DNA of 64,000 nucleotides from an uncultured bacterium (GTDB lineage: Bacteria; Margulisbacteria; Termititenacia; CAZZFK01): contig CAZZFK010000002.1 of assembly GCA_964653455.1 (NCBI GenBank), forward strand, positions 82,246-146,245, read 5' to 3'. The position numbers and the translations under genes were made by a program. Within the stretch, counting starts at the first letter, position 1. Every line of letters starts with the position of its first letter. The notes under the pieces are model-generated. The model saw nothing but the letters and a program-made list of their open reading frames with translations, did not search any database and was not told the DNA's origin. This document shows, piece by piece, positions 60,494 through 64,000 of this stretch.

Positions 60494-61594
60494 ATGCATG
60501 TGAAAAAACTGGTGCTTGAGGATTATCGGAACTATCAAAAACTTGCGATAGATATTGCACCAGAGCTCACTTTTTTCTACGGTAATAATGCCCAAGGAAA
60601 GACCAATATCCTTGAGGCTTTGTATGTTCTTAGTACGACACAATCCCCGCGCACATTGAAAGCGCAGGACCTGGTGAAATGGGGAAGTGATAGAGCGCTC
60701 CTTGAAGCGCATATTGCGACCCGCACTGGCGACCATGTCGTCATGATGGATATAAAAAAGAACGGCGAGAAGACGATCAGTATCGATCATCAATTCCTGA
60801 AACGTTCGAGCGACCTGCTCGGCAAGTTCCCGATGATATTTTTTTCACCTGATGACCTTGAGGTCATCAAGAAAGCACCACAAGGTCGGCGTCATTTCAT
60901 GGACCTCTTGTTCTCCCAGACGAACTCGAAATACGCATATTATCTGCGTCAATTTTTCCAGGTCATAAAACAGCGCAATGAATGTCTGAAGCAGATATTT
61001 TTACGGCGTACGGACGCTTCGTCTTTGATACCTTGGAACGAAGCATTGATCGAAACCGGATTTTATATCGCTGACCATCGTCGCAATGAACTGCCCAAGC
61101 TCATCACAGCTGCCGAGGATATACACGGGCAATTGACCGAAGATAAAGAAAAACTGACCTTGAAGTACATATCGTCTTTGGATGGCGATAAAGACAGAGC
61201 CCGGCAAAAATTAAAAGAGAACCAGGACCATGAGATCGCATCGCAACGGACACTGTTCGGGCCGCATCGTGACGATCTCCTGATACTCGTGAACGAACGG
61301 GAAGCAAAAGCCTTCGCCTCGCATGGACAGCAGCGCACCGCGATGATCTCGCTCAAGATGGCGGAGATACGGTATATGGAACAGGAGTTCGGGGAGCGAC
61401 CGATCGTGCTTTTGGACGATATTTTATTGGAGCTAGACCCGCAGCGTTTTCAAGCGTTACTTCAGACATTATTCGAGAAGACGCAGACGATCATGACCGG
61501 GACGGAACAGCATCGCTTTCTGCAAAGTAAGGGAGCGGAGGGGATGTTGTATCAGGTCGATAATGGGAAGATCATGGAGATGAGTGACAAGTGA
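60494..61594 (+). CDS. recF: DNA replication and repair protein RecF
   Basis: Walker A (GNNAQGKTNILEAL). Conserved RecF signature. Start at ATG 60494 (MHVKKLVLEDYRNY). Confidence 0.85.
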   Translation: MHVKKLVLEDYRNYQKLAIDIAPELTFFYGNNAQGKTNILEALYVLSTTQSPRTLKAQDLVKWGSDRALLEAHIATRTGDHVVMMDIKKNGEKTISIDHQFLKRSSDLLGKFPMIFFSPDDLEVIKKAPQGRRHFMDLLFSQTNSKYAYYLRQFFQVIKQRNECLKQIFLRRTDASSLIPWNEALIETGFYIADHRRNELPKLITAAEDIHGQLTEDKEKLTLKYISSLDGDKDRARQKLKENQDHEIASQRTLFGPHRDDLLILVNEREAKAFASHGQQRTAMISLKMAEIRYMEQEFGERPIVLLDDILLELDPQRFQALLQTLFEKTQTIMTGTEQHRFLQSKGAEGMLYQVDNGKIMEMSDK

Positions 61595-61647
61595 CAAGTG
61601 GCGGGTTGTGGTTGATCCTGCTCCACGGCGCTAGGCTAGTTCTTTCT

Positions 61648-61667
61648 TGCCACATGCCACCTGCCAC
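61648..61667. repeat. Three tandem TGCCAC(N) heptads in the promoter region of the DciA-like gene
   Basis: TGCCACA TGCCACC TGCCAC. It is preceded by GTGACAA GTGACAA GTGG at 61583-61601. Confidence 0.4.
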
Positions 61668-61706
61668 ATTGCACAGTAACCCTTGGAACCGCTCCTAAAC
61701 AGGAGT

Positions 61707-64000
<2,294 letters not shown>

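Overview
The window is a 64-kb stretch of a bacterial chromosome, about 55-60% GC overall, that spans the replication origin. Nearly everything to the left is on the minus strand and reads away from the origin; the dnaA, dnaN, recF, DciA-like and gyrB genes on the right are on the plus strand.

The origin neighbourhood consists of mnmE, jag, yidC, yidD, rnpA and rpmH on the minus strand, followed by an AT-rich block with DnaA boxes on both sides of dnaA, then dnaA, dnaN, an inserted minus-strand gene, recF, a DUF721/DciA-like gene and partial gyrB. The origin arms run over part of the features that flank them.

The rest is mostly housekeeping genes. On the left are a partial metH-like gene, rpsF, two ssb copies, rpsR, rplI, a PabB-PabC fusion, parB, parA with two parS palindromes, rsmG, mnmG and a third ssb-like gene. 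Next come a DUF1667/GlpA-like oxidoreductase cluster and dxr, cdsA, uppS, frr and pyrH. In the middle are bioB, glmS, gcvH-gcvPA-gcvPB with an LplA-like ligase, uvrC, an M23 peptidase, ctpA, and relA, apt and recJ. Nearer the origin are a BCCP, a TPM-domain protein and a nucleotidyltransferase-domain protein. Short YidC, split GcvP, rpsF-ssb-rpsR and recJ-apt-relA resemble Firmicutes-type gene order, but that is only an inference.

The most unusual part is a sharply bounded low-GC island at about 23.8-28.4 kb, roughly 38-42% GC. It carries three tandem minus-strand paralogs of unknown function (101, 713 and 598 aa) that share a conserved N-terminal motif of about 35 aa, and two of them share a near-identical 28-nt leader element.

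Other notable points:
- two paralogous long HemN-like radical-SAM genes flank a MarC membrane protein and an Fe-S RNA uracil-methyltransferase;
- there are three SSB paralogs;
- a 561-aa low-GC membrane-protein gene sits antisense between dnaN and recF;
- a TGCCAC heptad array in the DciA-like promoter shares a 14-mer with a 30-bp palindrome next to parB.

No tRNA, rRNA, CRISPR, transposase or integrase genes were recognised. Many long antisense ORFs in the high-GC genes are spurious.
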